From an uncultured delta proteobacterium (GTDB lineage Bacteria; Myxococcota; Myxococcia; Myxococcales; Myxococcaceae): DNA of 64,000 nt. Position numbers and translations under genes: made by a program. The notes beneath the pieces were generated by a model that ran no database searches, was not told the origin of the DNA, and saw only the letters and a list, made by a program, of their open reading frames with translations. The stretch spans positions 512,001 to 576,000 of the forward strand of contig CAVYSY010000026.1 in NCBI GenBank assembly GCA_963771175.1, in the 5' to 3' direction. Of the stretch, positions 11,130 to 22,329 are shown one piece after another (position 1 is the first letter of the stretch; every line of letters starts with the position of its first letter).

Positions 11130-14100
11130 TCAGCCGCGCAGCGGGAGGTAGCGCTCGGAGGCGGCGAAGCGCACCAACTCCGCCAGCTCCTGCTCGCTGG
11201 ACTTGAGGGCGCGCGCATCGCCGCCACGGCCGGCCCCGGGCCTCCGCAGGCGACGAGCCCCGCGCGGTTGGCCGAGTGGCGCGCGGCCTCCGCGAGCGCC
11301 GAGGCGTCGAAGTCTGCTGGGCCGACTCCAGCAGCACCCGCGCCCGCTCGTGGGACCTGGGGCGGCAGCGCATCGCGCACCACCCGGGCCTCGGGGCCGA
11401 ACTCCGTGCCACCGCGCAGCACCGAGGAGAGGATGGCCACCGCGCGCAGGAGCTGGTCCTTCTTGAGACAGCGCAGCGCGAGCAGGTCCGGCCCGAGGCC
11501 GAACAGCGCGCGCCCGGCGAAGAAGCGCAGCTCGGCTCGCGGCAGCGCCTGACGCAGCGCCAGCCGCCCCACCAGCAGACGCGGAGCCGCCCGGCGTGGA
11601 CGAGCGTGAAGGGCGGGCCGCTCGTCCTCGGAGAGGAAGATCTCCGGGAGCTGGGCGTCGAGGATGCGCGAGACGAACAGCAGCGCCTCCATCGCGGCCC
11701 GGGCACCGGGGCCCGAGTCCGGACGGAACGGCTCGGAGGAGCCGGCGGCCCGTCCGAAGGCGGGGAAGAGGCGGCAGAGGGCGAGGCCCACGGAGGCGAG
11801 CAGCTCACCCGCTGGGCTTGCGCAGACCGGGGTGGCGCAGGCCGGCGCGCTCCTCGGGGCTGAGCGTGCGACGCGGGGGACGGGGCGCCGCGTCCTTCTC
11901 GTCCCGCGAGCGCGAGGCCACCTCGGCCATCAGCGAGGCACGCGCCGTGTCGCCCCGAGCCGAGAAGAACTGCCGAGAGCTCCCGGTAGGAATTCGCATC
12001 GAGCGGATGTTCGCGCACACGCTCGAAGGCCGCTGGGCGGGCCTCCGTCTGGGCCGGAGCGGGTTTCGCCGCGGAGGGCGCGGCGGGCGCTGGAGCGGCG
12101 GAAGCCACGGGTCCACCTCGGGCCCGGCGGCGAGCGGGATCCATCTTCCCCGGGGGAGCCTCCCAGGCGAGGACCTGAGTGCCTTCCACCTGAACTGAAG
12201 CGGAGGGAGGCGCCTCCTGTTTCCAGTTGGGGGCGAACTCACCGATGGCCGGCATCTCGAGCACGGTGGGCGCGGAAGCGGGCTCGGTGGCGCGAGGCTT
12301 GGGCGTGAGCTCCACCTCGCCGGGAGGCGGGATGAGGACGACGGTGCGGGACCCGCTCGGCTCCTGCCTGGACATGACGTTGCTCGGCAGCTCGGGGTGC
12401 AGCGCCGGAGCCACACGCTCGACGATGGCCCCGCGCAGGTTCTCCGCGCGGTTGGCGTACACCAGCGAGCGAGCCGCATCCCCGAGCACCTCGCGGCAGA
12501 AGCGCGCGAGCCGCTCCCAGGTGCCGAGGCGCTCGGTGTCGTCCTCGGTGGCGGTGGCGGCGTGCTCCATGGCCCACGCGGCCTCGCCGTGCTGCTTGAG
12601 CGCGATGAGCCGGTCCACGAGCAGCAGCCACGCCTCCTTGTGGCCGGGCTCGAAGCGGACCGCCTGGCGCAGCTCGGCGAGAGCGGCTTCGCGGTCGCCC
12701 GCGGACTCCAGCGTGGCCACCAACTCCAGCCGGAACCCGCGCGCCACCAGCCCGCGCGGCTCGCGGGCGATGCGAGCCCGGAGCAATCGGCTCAACCCCA
12801 CCCTGTCCCCGAGCTGCCTCGCCAGCTCCAGGAGCCGGTCCTGCGCGAGGGAGTCCTCGGGGTGCTCCGCGAGCACCTCGGACCAGGCCCAGTGGGCGAG
12901 CCGCGCGTCGGCGAGCGCTCCTCCGGCGTTCTCCGCGAGACACCGAAGCCCCTCCAGGCGGAAGGGCGTGCGACGGGGCACGGCGGCGAGCGCGGCCCGC
13001 AGGCGCTCGACGGCCCGAGGCCGAGCCGCGTCGGCCACGCACCGGACGAGCCCCATCAGGGCCGGGAGAGAGCCAGGGGCGAGGTCCTCGGCCGCCTCGA
13101 AGTCCGCACCCGCGAGGACCCGCTCGCCGATGGACAGCAGCCGCTCGCCGCGAGCCAGGAAGGCGGCGGCGCGGGCGCGGGGGTTGCTCGCGCGCTGCAC
13201 CGCCTCGTCGAGTACGCGCCGCACCGCCCAGTCATCGTTATCGCCGCGCTGGGACAGGAGCCGCACCTGCTCCGCGAGCGCGGTCTTGTCCCCGGTGAGG
13301 GAGACGATCTGCCCGTACACCCGAGCGGCGCCCGCGGGGTCCTGCAGCTCGTCCTCCAGCACCTCGGCGAGCCGGGTGAGGGCCTCGGCGCGAACCGACG
13401 GGTCCTTCGCCCCATCGGCCCGGGCCAGGTAGAACTGCGCCAGCTCGCGCCAGGCGCGGCGCGCGATGAACTGGGCCTCGATGCGGGAGTCTTCCGGGTT
13501 CTCCTGCCGGGGAACGAGCGGGCGAGAGGGCTCGGCGTCCTCCTCGTGGCTCCAGGCCACGGGAGCCTCCGCCCTGGCCGCACCCGGTGGCGGAGTGGAT
13601 GGAGCCTCGGGCCTGGTCGCCGGAGCAGAGGACTCGGCGGTGCCTTGCTGCGAGAGGGCGGCGACCTCGAGGGTCTCGTGCCGATCATCGGAGACCGCCT
13701 CGGAGGAGTCCGCCCCCGAGGTTGGGGCGGGAGCACCCGCGAGCACGTCGGGCAGGTCGGACGCCTCGGAGGTGACTTCGTCCTCCAACCAGGGAGAGGG
13801 CCGCGGGAGGGACTTCCGCTGCTCGCTGGGGGCACGCGGCTCGAAGCGCGCATCCGGAGGGGGGGCGGACTCCGCCGTGGGCTCGTCTTCCGCCCAGGGG
13901 ATGGCGGGCACGACGGTCCCATATACCCGGGTCCCGCTCTCGCCGACCTCGCGCCGGGAAGGCGGTGGGGCTGGGACGGTCCCGTATATCCGCGTCCCGC
14001 CCTCGCCGACCTCGCTCCGGGGGAGCCGTTGCTTGACGGTCCCGTATATCCGCGTCCCGCCCTCGACGAGCTCCGCCCCGAGGGGGCTTCTGGGCGGGAG

Positions 14101-14623
14101 GCTCCGCGTCCCGCATGGCCTCGGAGCGCCCGGAGGGGGTCTGCTCGTGGGGGTTGATGCGACGGGAGAGCACCTCGATGAGCCTCCGGGCGCGGCGGTC
14201 TCCGGGGGACTCGTCGACGAGCACCTGGAGCGTCTCGATGGCGCGGGGGAGCTGCTCCACCCGGCGCAGCAGGCGCGCGAGCCGCAGCCGCACGGCGCGG
14301 CGCGTGTCCCCCCGGGTGTTGCCGAGCGCGGACGAGAGGAGCGCGATGGCGGCGGCCTCGGTGCCCGCGCGCAAGGCGAAGGCGACGAGCACCGCGGCCA
14401 GGCGCGGCGTCATGGGCACGGCACGGCTGGCCCTGACCAGCTCGCCGAAGGCCCGAGCGGCCTGCCCCTCGTTCAGCAGGCGGGCGGCGGTACGCCGGTG
14501 ACGCTCCACGACATCGGGCACGTCGGAGCCATCTCCGGGCGCAGGCATGCCAGCGGGCGAGCGCTGGTGCGAATCGACCGCCTCCGACGAACCGGCGCCA
14601 TTGCCGTTTCTCACGCCACCCAT
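11130..14623 (-). CDS. Large myxobacterial TPR/helical-repeat protein with low-complexity linkers (multiple frameshifts)
   Basis: Helical repeats (ALAELRQAVRFEPGHKEAW), C-terminal AELRFFAGRAL...SANRAGL...SERYLPLRG*; first frameshift in a G run near 14078. Confidence 0.75.
13912..14073 (-). repeat. Three in-frame ~39-bp repeats encoding E(V/L)(G/V)E(G/S)GTR(I/V)YGTV
   Basis: GACGGTCCCRTATAYCCGSGTCCCGC core at 13912, 13975 and 14035; periods 63 and 60 nt. Confidence 0.85.
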
Positions 14624-14644
14624 GGGTGGGGCAGTCTACACACG

Positions 14645-15661
14645 ATGGCGCCTCCGGTCGTCACCGTCCTCCTCCCCGCCCGAAACGCCGAGTCCACCGT
14701 GGCTCGGGCGGTGGGGAGCCTGCTCGAAGGCACGCTGCGTGAAATCCGGGTGCTGGTGGTGGATGACGGCTCCACGGACGGAACACGCGCGGTGCTCCAG
14801 GGGCTGGCGGCGAGAGACGCCCGGGTGGAGGTGCTCGACGGTGGGGGCCGAGGGCTGGTGGCGGCGCTCAACCTCGCGCTCTCGCGGGCCACCTCGCCCT
14901 ATGTGGCGCGGATGGACGCGGACGACGAGGCACTGCCCCGGCGCCTGGAGGCGAGCGTCGCGGCGCTGGAGGCGGACCCGAGCCTGGGTGGCGTGGGCAC
15001 CGGGGTGGAGATGTTCCGGGAGGATCAGCCGGTGAGTCCGTCCATGCGGGACTACGCGACGTGGCTCAACGGGCTCACCACCCCCGAGCGCCTGCACCGC
15101 GAGCGCTTCGTGGAGAGCCCCATCTGCCATCCCTCGGTGTGCCTGCGGCGGGAGGCGGTGGTGGCGGCCGGCGGGTGGGAGCACGGTGACTTCCCGGAGG
15201 ACTACGACCTGTGGCTGAAGCTGATGCACCTGGGCCACGGGATGCACAACCTGCCCGAGGTGCTGTTGCGCTGGAGGGACAGCACGGGACGGCTGACGCG
15301 GACGGACCCGAGGTACGCGCACAAGCGCTTCATCTGGGTGAAGGCGCGCTATCTCGCACGCAGCCGGGAGGTGGCGGGACGTCCACTGACGGTATGGGGC
15401 ACGGGCCCGGGAGGGCTCACCCTCACGCGCTTCCTGCTCTCGGAGGGAGCGCGCGTGGAGCGCTTCATCGACGTGCACCCGCGCAAGGTGGGCACGCGCA
15501 TCCACGGGATTCCGGTGTTCCCGCCGGAGTCACTGGGAGCCCCCCGAGAGGACACCCACCTCGTCGCGGCGGTGGGTGTGCGAGGCATCCGCGACGAAAT
15601 CCGAGGCGCGCTCACCGGGCTCGGCTGGGTTGAAGGCATCCACTTCACCTGCGCCGCGTAG
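14645..15661 (+). CDS. GT2 family glycosyltransferase
   Basis: [34 protein letters not shown]. Confidence 0.92.
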   Translation: MAPPVVTVLLPARNAESTVARAVGSLLEGTLREIRVLVVDDGSTDGTRAVLQGLAARDARVEVLDGGGRGLVAALNLALSRATSPYVARMDADDEALPRRLEASVAALEADPSLGGVGTGVEMFREDQPVSPSMRDYATWLNGLTTPERLHRERFVESPICHPSVCLRREAVVAAGGWEHGDFPEDYDLWLKLMHLGHGMHNLPEVLLRWRDSTGRLTRTDPRYAHKRFIWVKARYLARSREVAGRPLTVWGTGPGGLTLTRFLLSEGARVERFIDVHPRKVGTRIHGIPVFPPESLGAPREDTHLVAAVGVRGIRDEIRGALTGLGWVEGIHFTCAA

Positions 15662-15761
15662 GCCAGGAAGGGCCACGGCGCACTCGTTTGTACGGTATGT
15701 AGAGAGTTCGACTCACACCCCGTGGGTACACAGAGCCTGGAGAAAACAGCCCATCGTTCAT

Positions 15762-17609
15762 ATGCGTCGACCCCTGTCCGCAAACACCCTCCTGGTGCTC
15801 ATCCTCCTCCTGCTCGTGGTGGGGTCGCTCGCCCTCGTGCATCCGATGACGATCGGCGCCCCCCTGGCGGTGGGCGCACTGCTCGTGATGGCTGTGCTCG
15901 TGATGCGTCAAGCCCGCGAGCGGGACCTGGCCCACAAGATAGCGGAGCGGAACGCCGCGGAGCTCTCGGCCCAGCTCGCCGAGCAGAGGCGAGTGGAGCA
16001 CGCCCTGCGCATCTCGGAGGCCCGGTTCGCGGGCATCATCTCCCTGGCCGCGGATGCCATCATCTCCGTGGATGAAGAGGGACGCATCACCCTCTTCAAC
16101 CGCGGGGCGGAACAGATCTTCGGCTACAGCCCCCAGGAGGTGCTCGGCCAACCGCTGGAGATGCTCCTCCCGGAGCGCTTCCGGTCCGGCCACCCCGGAC
16201 ACCTCCACACCTTCGGAGGGGCGGCCCTGGCCTCCCGGAGGATGGGGGAGCGCCAGCCCATCTTCGGCCTGAGGAAGAACGGAGAGGAGTTCCCCGCCGA
16301 GGCCGGCATCTCCCGGCTGGAGGTGGAGGGCAAGACGGTGCTGACGGCCATCATGAGGGACGTCTCCCTCCAGAAGCAGGTGGAAGCGGAGCACCGCTTC
16401 CTGGCGCGGGCCGGGGAGGTGCTCTCCAGCTCGCTGGACTCCGATCGGACACTCGCCTCCGTGGCCCAGCTCGCGGTGGAGTCACTGGCGGACTGGTGCG
16501 TCGTGTACCTCTCGGAGGGCGAGCACGTACGCCGGCTGGAAGTGGCCCACCGGAGCCCCGTGCACCAGGAAGTGGCCGTGGCCCTGCGTAACTCCCCCAT
16601 CGACATTCACCAGCTCTTCCTCGCGCGCGAAGTGCTGATGCGGCGGGAGCCCGTGCTCACGCCACACGTCACCCCCGAGGTACTGGAGTCCCTGGCCCAG
16701 GGCAGTGAGAACCTCTCGCTGCTGCGACGGATCGAGCCGTGCTCACTCATGGGAGTGCCCCTCATGAGCGGCAAGCGTCTGTTGGGAGCCATGGTGTTCA
16801 TCTCGACCTGCACGGGACGGAGCTATGGCCCCGCGGACCTGGCGTTCGCCCAGGGGCTGACACGGCTGGCCAGCCTGGCGATGGAGAACGCACGGCTCTA
16901 CCAGTCCGCCCAGCGGGCGACGAAGGCGCGGGACGAGGTGCTCGGCATCGTGGCTCATGATCTGCGCGGTCCGCTCAACAGCATCGCCCTGTGGCACCAG
17001 GTGCTCGAACGGCAGATCCAGAAACACGGGATGGACCTCCAGACCCGGAGCCAGGAGCCCCTGAGAGCGATCTCCTCCGCCTGCAGGCGCATGAACCGCC
17101 TGATCCAGGATCTCCTGGACGTGGCCCGGGTGGAGGCGGGCCAGCTCTCCTTGAACACCAGCCCCCAGACTCCAGCCAGCCTGCTGCGGGAAGCCATCGA
17201 TTCGGCCGGTCCCCAGGCCACGGGGATTCAGCTCCACCTGGAAGCTCCCGAGATGGCGCCCTCGGTCCTGGCCGATCGAGACCGGATCCTCCAGGTCTTC
17301 TCCAACCTGCTGGGCAACGCGCTGAAGTTCACTCCGGCGGGAGGCCAGATCTGGGTGGGAGCGCGGGTGGAGGGAGAGCAGGTCCGCTTCCATGTGCGAG
17401 ATACCGGTCCTGGCATCCCCGCCGAATCGCTCGCGAACATCTTCGATCGCTTCTGGCAGGCGAACCGGGCGGACCGCCGAGGAGCAGGCCTCGGATTGTC
17501 CATCGCCAAGGGCATCGTGGAGGCGCACGGGGGGAAGCTCCGGGTCGAGAGCGAACCGGGCCGTGGCAGCACCTTCTCCTTCACCGTCCCGCAGGCGAAA
17601 CCGCGCTGA
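15762..17609 (+). CDS. Membrane-anchored PAS-GAF sensor histidine kinase
   Basis: Two TM helices, PAS ([19 protein letters not shown]), [29 protein letters not shown]. Confidence 0.93.
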   Translation: MRRPLSANTLLVLILLLLVVGSLALVHPMTIGAPLAVGALLVMAVLVMRQARERDLAHKIAERNAAELSAQLAEQRRVEHALRISEARFAGIISLAADAIISVDEEGRITLFNRGAEQIFGYSPQEVLGQPLEMLLPERFRSGHPGHLHTFGGAALASRRMGERQPIFGLRKNGEEFPAEAGISRLEVEGKTVLTAIMRDVSLQKQVEAEHRFLARAGEVLSSSLDSDRTLASVAQLAVESLADWCVVYLSEGEHVRRLEVAHRSPVHQEVAVALRNSPIDIHQLFLAREVLMRREPVLTPHVTPEVLESLAQGSENLSLLRRIEPCSLMGVPLMSGKRLLGAMVFISTCTGRSYGPADLAFAQGLTRLASLAMENARLYQSAQRATKARDEVLGIVAHDLRGPLNSIALWHQVLERQIQKHGMDLQTRSQEPLRAISSACRRMNRLIQDLLDVARVEAGQLSLNTSPQTPASLLREAIDSAGPQATGIQLHLEAPEMAPSVLADRDRILQVFSNLLGNALKFTPAGGQIWVGARVEGEQVRFHVRDTGPGIPAESLANIFDRFWQANRADRRGAGLGLSIAKGIVEAHGGKLRVESEPGRGSTFSFTVPQAKPR

Positions 17610-17618
17610 CGTCCCCGT

Positions 17619-18572
17619 CTACCCGCGAGCACTCGCTTCCAGCGGACGAATTGACCCCGAGGGAGGAACAAGCCCCACCGCCGCGAAGAAGCGCGCGAGG
17701 TCCTCCGGCACGGGGGCCTCGAAACGCACCGGATTGCCCGTGCCCGGATGAGCCAGCTCCAGCGCCTGCGCATGCAACAGGCACCTCGGAGCCGGAATCC
17801 CTCCGGCCTGCGCCGCGCCTCCGTAGCGCTTGTCCCCGAGAATGGGCGCCCCGAGCGCCGTCAGGTGCGCGCGGAGCTGGTGCGTCCGGCCCGTCTGGGG
17901 CAGCAGCTCCACCAGACAGAAGTCCTCGCCCGCGTGCAGCACGCGGTACTCCGTGAGCGCGGGAATCCCATTCGCCGCACGGGTCGCGCGCCAGCGCCCT
18001 GGACGTGAAGGGTCCTTCGACAAGGGCAGGTCGATAACCCCCTGCGGCGGCAGCTCCACCGGCCCCACCGCCGCGAGGTAGCGCTTGCGGGCCCGGCCCT
18101 CGCGGAACTCCTCCGCCAGCGCGGTCGTCGCCTGGGGCGTCTTCCCGAACACCGTCACGCCGGAGGTCTCCCGGTCCAACCGGTGCACCAGCCCCGCCGG
18201 TCGCTTCAGGTGCGCGCCCACCCGGTCCACCAGGCTGTCCCCCACCCTCCCCTCCGTGGGCTGCGCCGTCATCCCCGCCGGCTTGTCCACCGCGATGACG
18301 TCCGCGTCCTCGTGCAGCACCCGGAGCTCCGGCGCGGAGGCCGGCGACACCGAGAGAGGGCTCTGTCCGCCCTCCTCCAGCACCACCGTCACCACCTGCC
18401 CCGGGGACGGCTTCGCCTTCGCGTCCCGGCACCGGCGTCCGGCCACGTACACCGCGCCCACGTTCACCAGGCGCTCGGCTTCCTCATGAGGAAGGTTCAG
18501 CTCCGCCGCCAGGGCCTCGCCCAGGGGGCGGTTCGCGTGGGGGGCGTCGACTCGGAAGGTGCGTCGCTTCAT
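17619..18572 (-). CDS. RluA-family pseudouridine synthase
   Basis: VDKPAG, HRLDRETSG, GRTHQLRAH, ILGDKRYG, LLHA. Confidence 0.92.
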   Translation of the reverse strand: MKRRTFRVDAPHANRPLGEALAAELNLPHEEAERLVNVGAVYVAGRRCRDAKAKPSPGQVVTVVLEEGGQSPLSVSPASAPELRVLHEDADVIAVDKPAGMTAQPTEGRVGDSLVDRVGAHLKRPAGLVHRLDRETSGVTVFGKTPQATTALAEEFREGRARKRYLAAVGPVELPPQGVIDLPLSKDPSRPGRWRATRAANGIPALTEYRVLHAGEDFCLVELLPQTGRTHQLRAHLTALGAPILGDKRYGGAAQAGGIPAPRCLLHAQALELAHPGTGNPVRFEAPVPEDLARFFAAVGLVPPSGSIRPLEASARG

Positions 18573-18585
18573 TCGGTGGACCTGC

Positions 18586-19623
<1,038 letters not shown>

Positions 19624-19732
19624 CGGGGAGACTCCACAGGTTGATGGCTGACGGGCTCGCCCGAACTCTGGCAAGCCCACCGAGGCGAGCGCAAGACCGG
19701 GCCCCCGGCGGGAGCCCGGCCAGCAGGCGGGC

Positions 19733-20518
19733 CTACACCACCCGGTCGCGCAGGAACGGATAGCGCTCGCGCACCTCCGCCACCGTGTGCGCGTCGAGGG
19801 TGACGAGCGGCACCCCGGATGTCGTGTCGGGCGCGAGCGCCTCGCCCCAGGGGCTGAAGGCGGCCGAGCCGCCGTCATACGTCAGTCCGCCCCCGGTCCC
19901 GATGCGGTTCACCCCGACGAAGTAGCACTGGTTCTCGATCGCGCGAGCCCGGAGCAGCGCGTCCCAATGCGCGCGCCGCGCCGCCGGCCAGTTGGCGATG
20001 AGAATCATCGCATCCACGTTCCTGGCCACCACGCCGAAGAGCTCGGGGAAGCGCAGCTCGTAGCAGATGAAGAGCGCCGTCCGCACACCGTCGATGGTCA
20101 GACAGGTGGACGAGCTCCCCGGCCGATAGTGCTCGTGCTCCCCGCCGTAGGCGAAGAGCCGCTGCTTGCGGTGCACCGCCACCACCCGGCCCGTCGGGTC
20201 GAAGGCGATCGCCGTGTTCACCGTGCAGGGAGCATTCGCATCGGCGCCGGGCTCCTCGCGCACGGCCACGCCGGCCACGAGCCAGACTCCGGAGCGCGCC
20301 GCCAGCTCGCCCAGACGCGACACCACCGGCCCTTCCAGCGGCGTCGCCTGCGTCTTGTCCATGGTGAAGCCGGTGGTGGCCATCTCCGGCAGCACGACGA
20401 GCCGCGCACCGCCGGCCGCGGCGCGAGCCACCAGCGTCTCCGCGGAGGCGAGCGAGGCCTCCGGCGAGTGCCACCCGATGTCGTACTCCCCGAGGGCCAC
20501 GGTCAGGCGGCCGGTCAT
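19733..20518 (-). CDS. Carbon-nitrogen hydrolase (nitrilase superfamily, YafV/omega-amidase-like)
   Basis: Catalytic triad motifs VLPEM, HRKQRLF and ICYELRFPE; ARAIENQ; overlaps the aminotransferase stop. Confidence 0.9.
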   Translation of the reverse strand: MTGRLTVALGEYDIGWHSPEASLASAETLVARAAAGGARLVVLPEMATTGFTMDKTQATPLEGPVVSRLGELAARSGVWLVAGVAVREEPGADANAPCTVNTAIAFDPTGRVVAVHRKQRLFAYGGEHEHYRPGSSSTCLTIDGVRTALFICYELRFPELFGVVARNVDAMILIANWPAARRAHWDALLRARAIENQCYFVGVNRIGTGGGLTYDGGSAAFSPWGEALAPDTTSGVPLVTLDAHTVAEVRERYPFLRDRVV

Positions 20519-21736
20519 CGCGCCTTGTCTCCCAGCAGCGCGGCGCGCAGCAGCTCCGCGCCCTCCAGCACCATCTTCGTGTCGCAGCTGAAGGCGAAGC
20601 GGAGGGCGTCGACGCACGCGTGGCCGAAGGCATCACCCGGCGCGCTGCCGATTCCCTGCGCCGCCAGTCGGGCCGAGAGCTCATCGGCGCTGGAGACGCC
20701 GAGCCGCTGGTAGAGGGACGAGTCGAGCTCCGCCCAGACGTAGAACGCCCCGCGCGGGTTGAACGGGCGCACTCCGGGGATTCCCTCCAGCGCCTTCATC
20801 AGCGCGTCGCGGCGCTGGCGGTACTCACCGCGCATCATCTGCAGGTTGTCCTGCGGCCCGGTCACCGCCGCCAGCGCGCCCCACTGCGCCAGGCTGTTCA
20901 CCCCGTTGATGGTGCAGCGCAGCAGCTTCTGCACCCGAAGCTGCAGCAGCGGCCAGGCGGTGTGCAGATAGCCCGTGCGCAGCCCGCTCATCGCGTGGCT
21001 CTTGGAGAAGGAGTAGACGCTGATCGACCCGCGGCGCCCAGTCGCCGGCCAGCGAGGCGAGGGAGTGGTGCACGTGCGGCTCGTAGATGACGTCCTCGTA
21101 CGCCTCGTCCGAGACGATCCACAGATCGTGTGCGCGCGCCAGGGCGAGGATCGCCTGCAGCGTCTCGCGCGGCATGACGGCGCCGGTGGGGTTGTGCGGC
21201 GTGTTGACGAAGATGGCCCGCGTGCGCGGAGTGATGGCCGCCTCGATGGCCTCGGGGCGGTAGGCGTAGCCCTCCTCGGCGCGCACCGGCACGCCCACCG
21301 GCGTCCCACCGGCGAGCTTCACGTTCTCCGCCACCTCGGTCCACATCGGATCGGGGAGGATGACCTCGTCACCCGGCTCGAGCAGCGCGCCGAAGGTCAC
21401 GTACAGCGCGTGCATCGCGCCGTTGGTGAGGAAGACCTCCTCGGCCTTCGCCCCCTTGATGCCGTTCTTCTGCCGCAGCTTCTCGGCGAGCGCCGCCCGC
21501 AGCTCCGGAATCCCGTCGTTGGGCACGTAGTGCGTCTTCCCGGCCCGCATCGCCACCTGGATCGCCTCCGCCACGTGCGGGGCAATCGAGAAGCTGGGAT
21601 CGCCGGACTCGAAGCGGATGACCCGCTTGCCGGCTGCCTGGGCGCGGAGCAGCCCCTCACGGATCTGCACGATCTTGCCGAAGGAGATCGAATCCAATCG
21701 ATGCGCGGGGAGCTTCTCGGTCACGTCCATTGACAT
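20515..21736 (-). CDS. PLP-dependent aminotransferase class I/II (one frameshift near 21030)
   Basis: NTPHNPTG, SDEAYE, SFSKSHAMSGLRTGY (PLP lysine), GAFY, LRFAFS; GAGGAG SD. Confidence 0.92.
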
Positions 21737-21770
21737 CGTCTTTCTCTCCTCACTGCGGGGGGATGGGGGC

Positions 21771-21806
21771 ACAAAAAAGCCCGCCAGCAGGGGGGGCTGG
21801 CGGGCT
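21771..21806 (-). terminator. Intrinsic terminator in the 5' leader (attenuator) of the aminotransferase operon
   Basis: Perfect 11-bp stem AGCCCGCCAGC/GCTGGCGGGCT, 7-nt loop, followed by TTTTTGT on the minus strand, 35 nt before the ATG. Confidence 0.88.
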
Positions 21807-21832
21807 CGAAGGGAATCCTCCAAAGCAAACAC

Positions 21833-21904
21833 CTAGCCTGGGCCCCTTGAGAGCTGGCTGCGCTTGAAGCGCTTGGCTTTGAGGCTGCTGGTGGTGGCGC
21901 ACAT
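21833..21904 (-). CDS. Putative attenuator leader peptide MCATTSSLKAKRFKRSQLSRGPG (23 aa)
   Basis: ATG preceded by AGGA at 8 nt, TAG stop 26 nt before the terminator; too short for the ORF track. Confidence 0.72.
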   Translation of the reverse strand: MCATTSSLKAKRFKRSQLSRGPG

Positions 21905-21925
21905 GTGTCGGATCCTGAACGAACG

Positions 21926-21954
21926 GACATAACGCAGTGCGACACCACGGTCAA
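21926..21954 (-). promoter_or_regulatory. Sigma70-type promoter for the leader/aminotransferase operon
   Basis: TTGACC-N17-TATGTC just upstream of the leader SD. Confidence 0.6.
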
Positions 21955-21988
21955 CGGCCCCTCCGACAACCATTCCCATGGGGAATGG

Positions 21989-22163
21989 ATTTCCTACAAT
22001 TTCGTAGGAAATGACCTCGGGAGCGACAAAAGCGTAGGACGCGGACGCATCCCCCGCGGCTGGCCTCCATGAACCGGTGGAGCACGGCTCTCCTCACCAC
22101 CGGGAGCCTCCAACAATCCTACGAATTTGTCGGTTCACGAGGTTCAACCTACAAATTCGTAGG
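21989..22163. promoter_or_regulatory. Four palindromic boxes, consensus CCTAC-N6-GTAGG (likely enhancer/operator sites)
   Basis: CCTACAATTTCGTAGG 21993, GCGACAAAAGCGTAGG 22023, CCTACGAATTTGTCGG 22118, CCTACAAATTCGTAGG 22148; 30-bp spacing within each pair. Confidence 0.78.
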
Positions 22164-22262
22164 ACTGGAGAACGGCCGGGAAACCCAGGCAGGCGAGCAC
22201 TCCCGCCCGGAGTCTCCCCACGTTTTCGCGGAGATACGTCGAAGGCCCCGTGCATGGGTGCG

Positions 22263-22279
22263 CTGGCCCTCCTGTTGCA
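22263..22279 (+). promoter_or_regulatory. Sigma54 (-24/-12) promoter of amtB
   Basis: CTGGCCCTCCTGTTGCA (TGGC-N7-TTGCA, GG-N10-GC) about 50 nt upstream of the amtB ATG. Confidence 0.75.
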
Positions 22280-22329
22280 GTGGCTTCGAGGAGTGCGGGC
22301 CCAGGGGGCCCATTGAGTGCGAGGTGCGG

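Noticed and set aside
13912..14073. CRISPR-like mini array
   Set aside because: Only three units, spacers 21-24 nt, periods are multiples of 3, it translates as a peptide repeat inside a gene, and there are no cas genes.
15700..15722. tRNA T-arm-like GAGAGTTCGACTC
   Set aside because: The stem does not pair fully and there is no cloverleaf or CCA end.
21982..21994. NrpR operator
   Set aside because: Spacing is GGAA-N5-TTCC, not N6, and it arises from two adjacent palindromes.
22069..22329. N-terminal extension of AmtB in the ORF track
   Set aside because: The region holds the operator boxes and sigma54 promoter; the SD-supported start is 22330.
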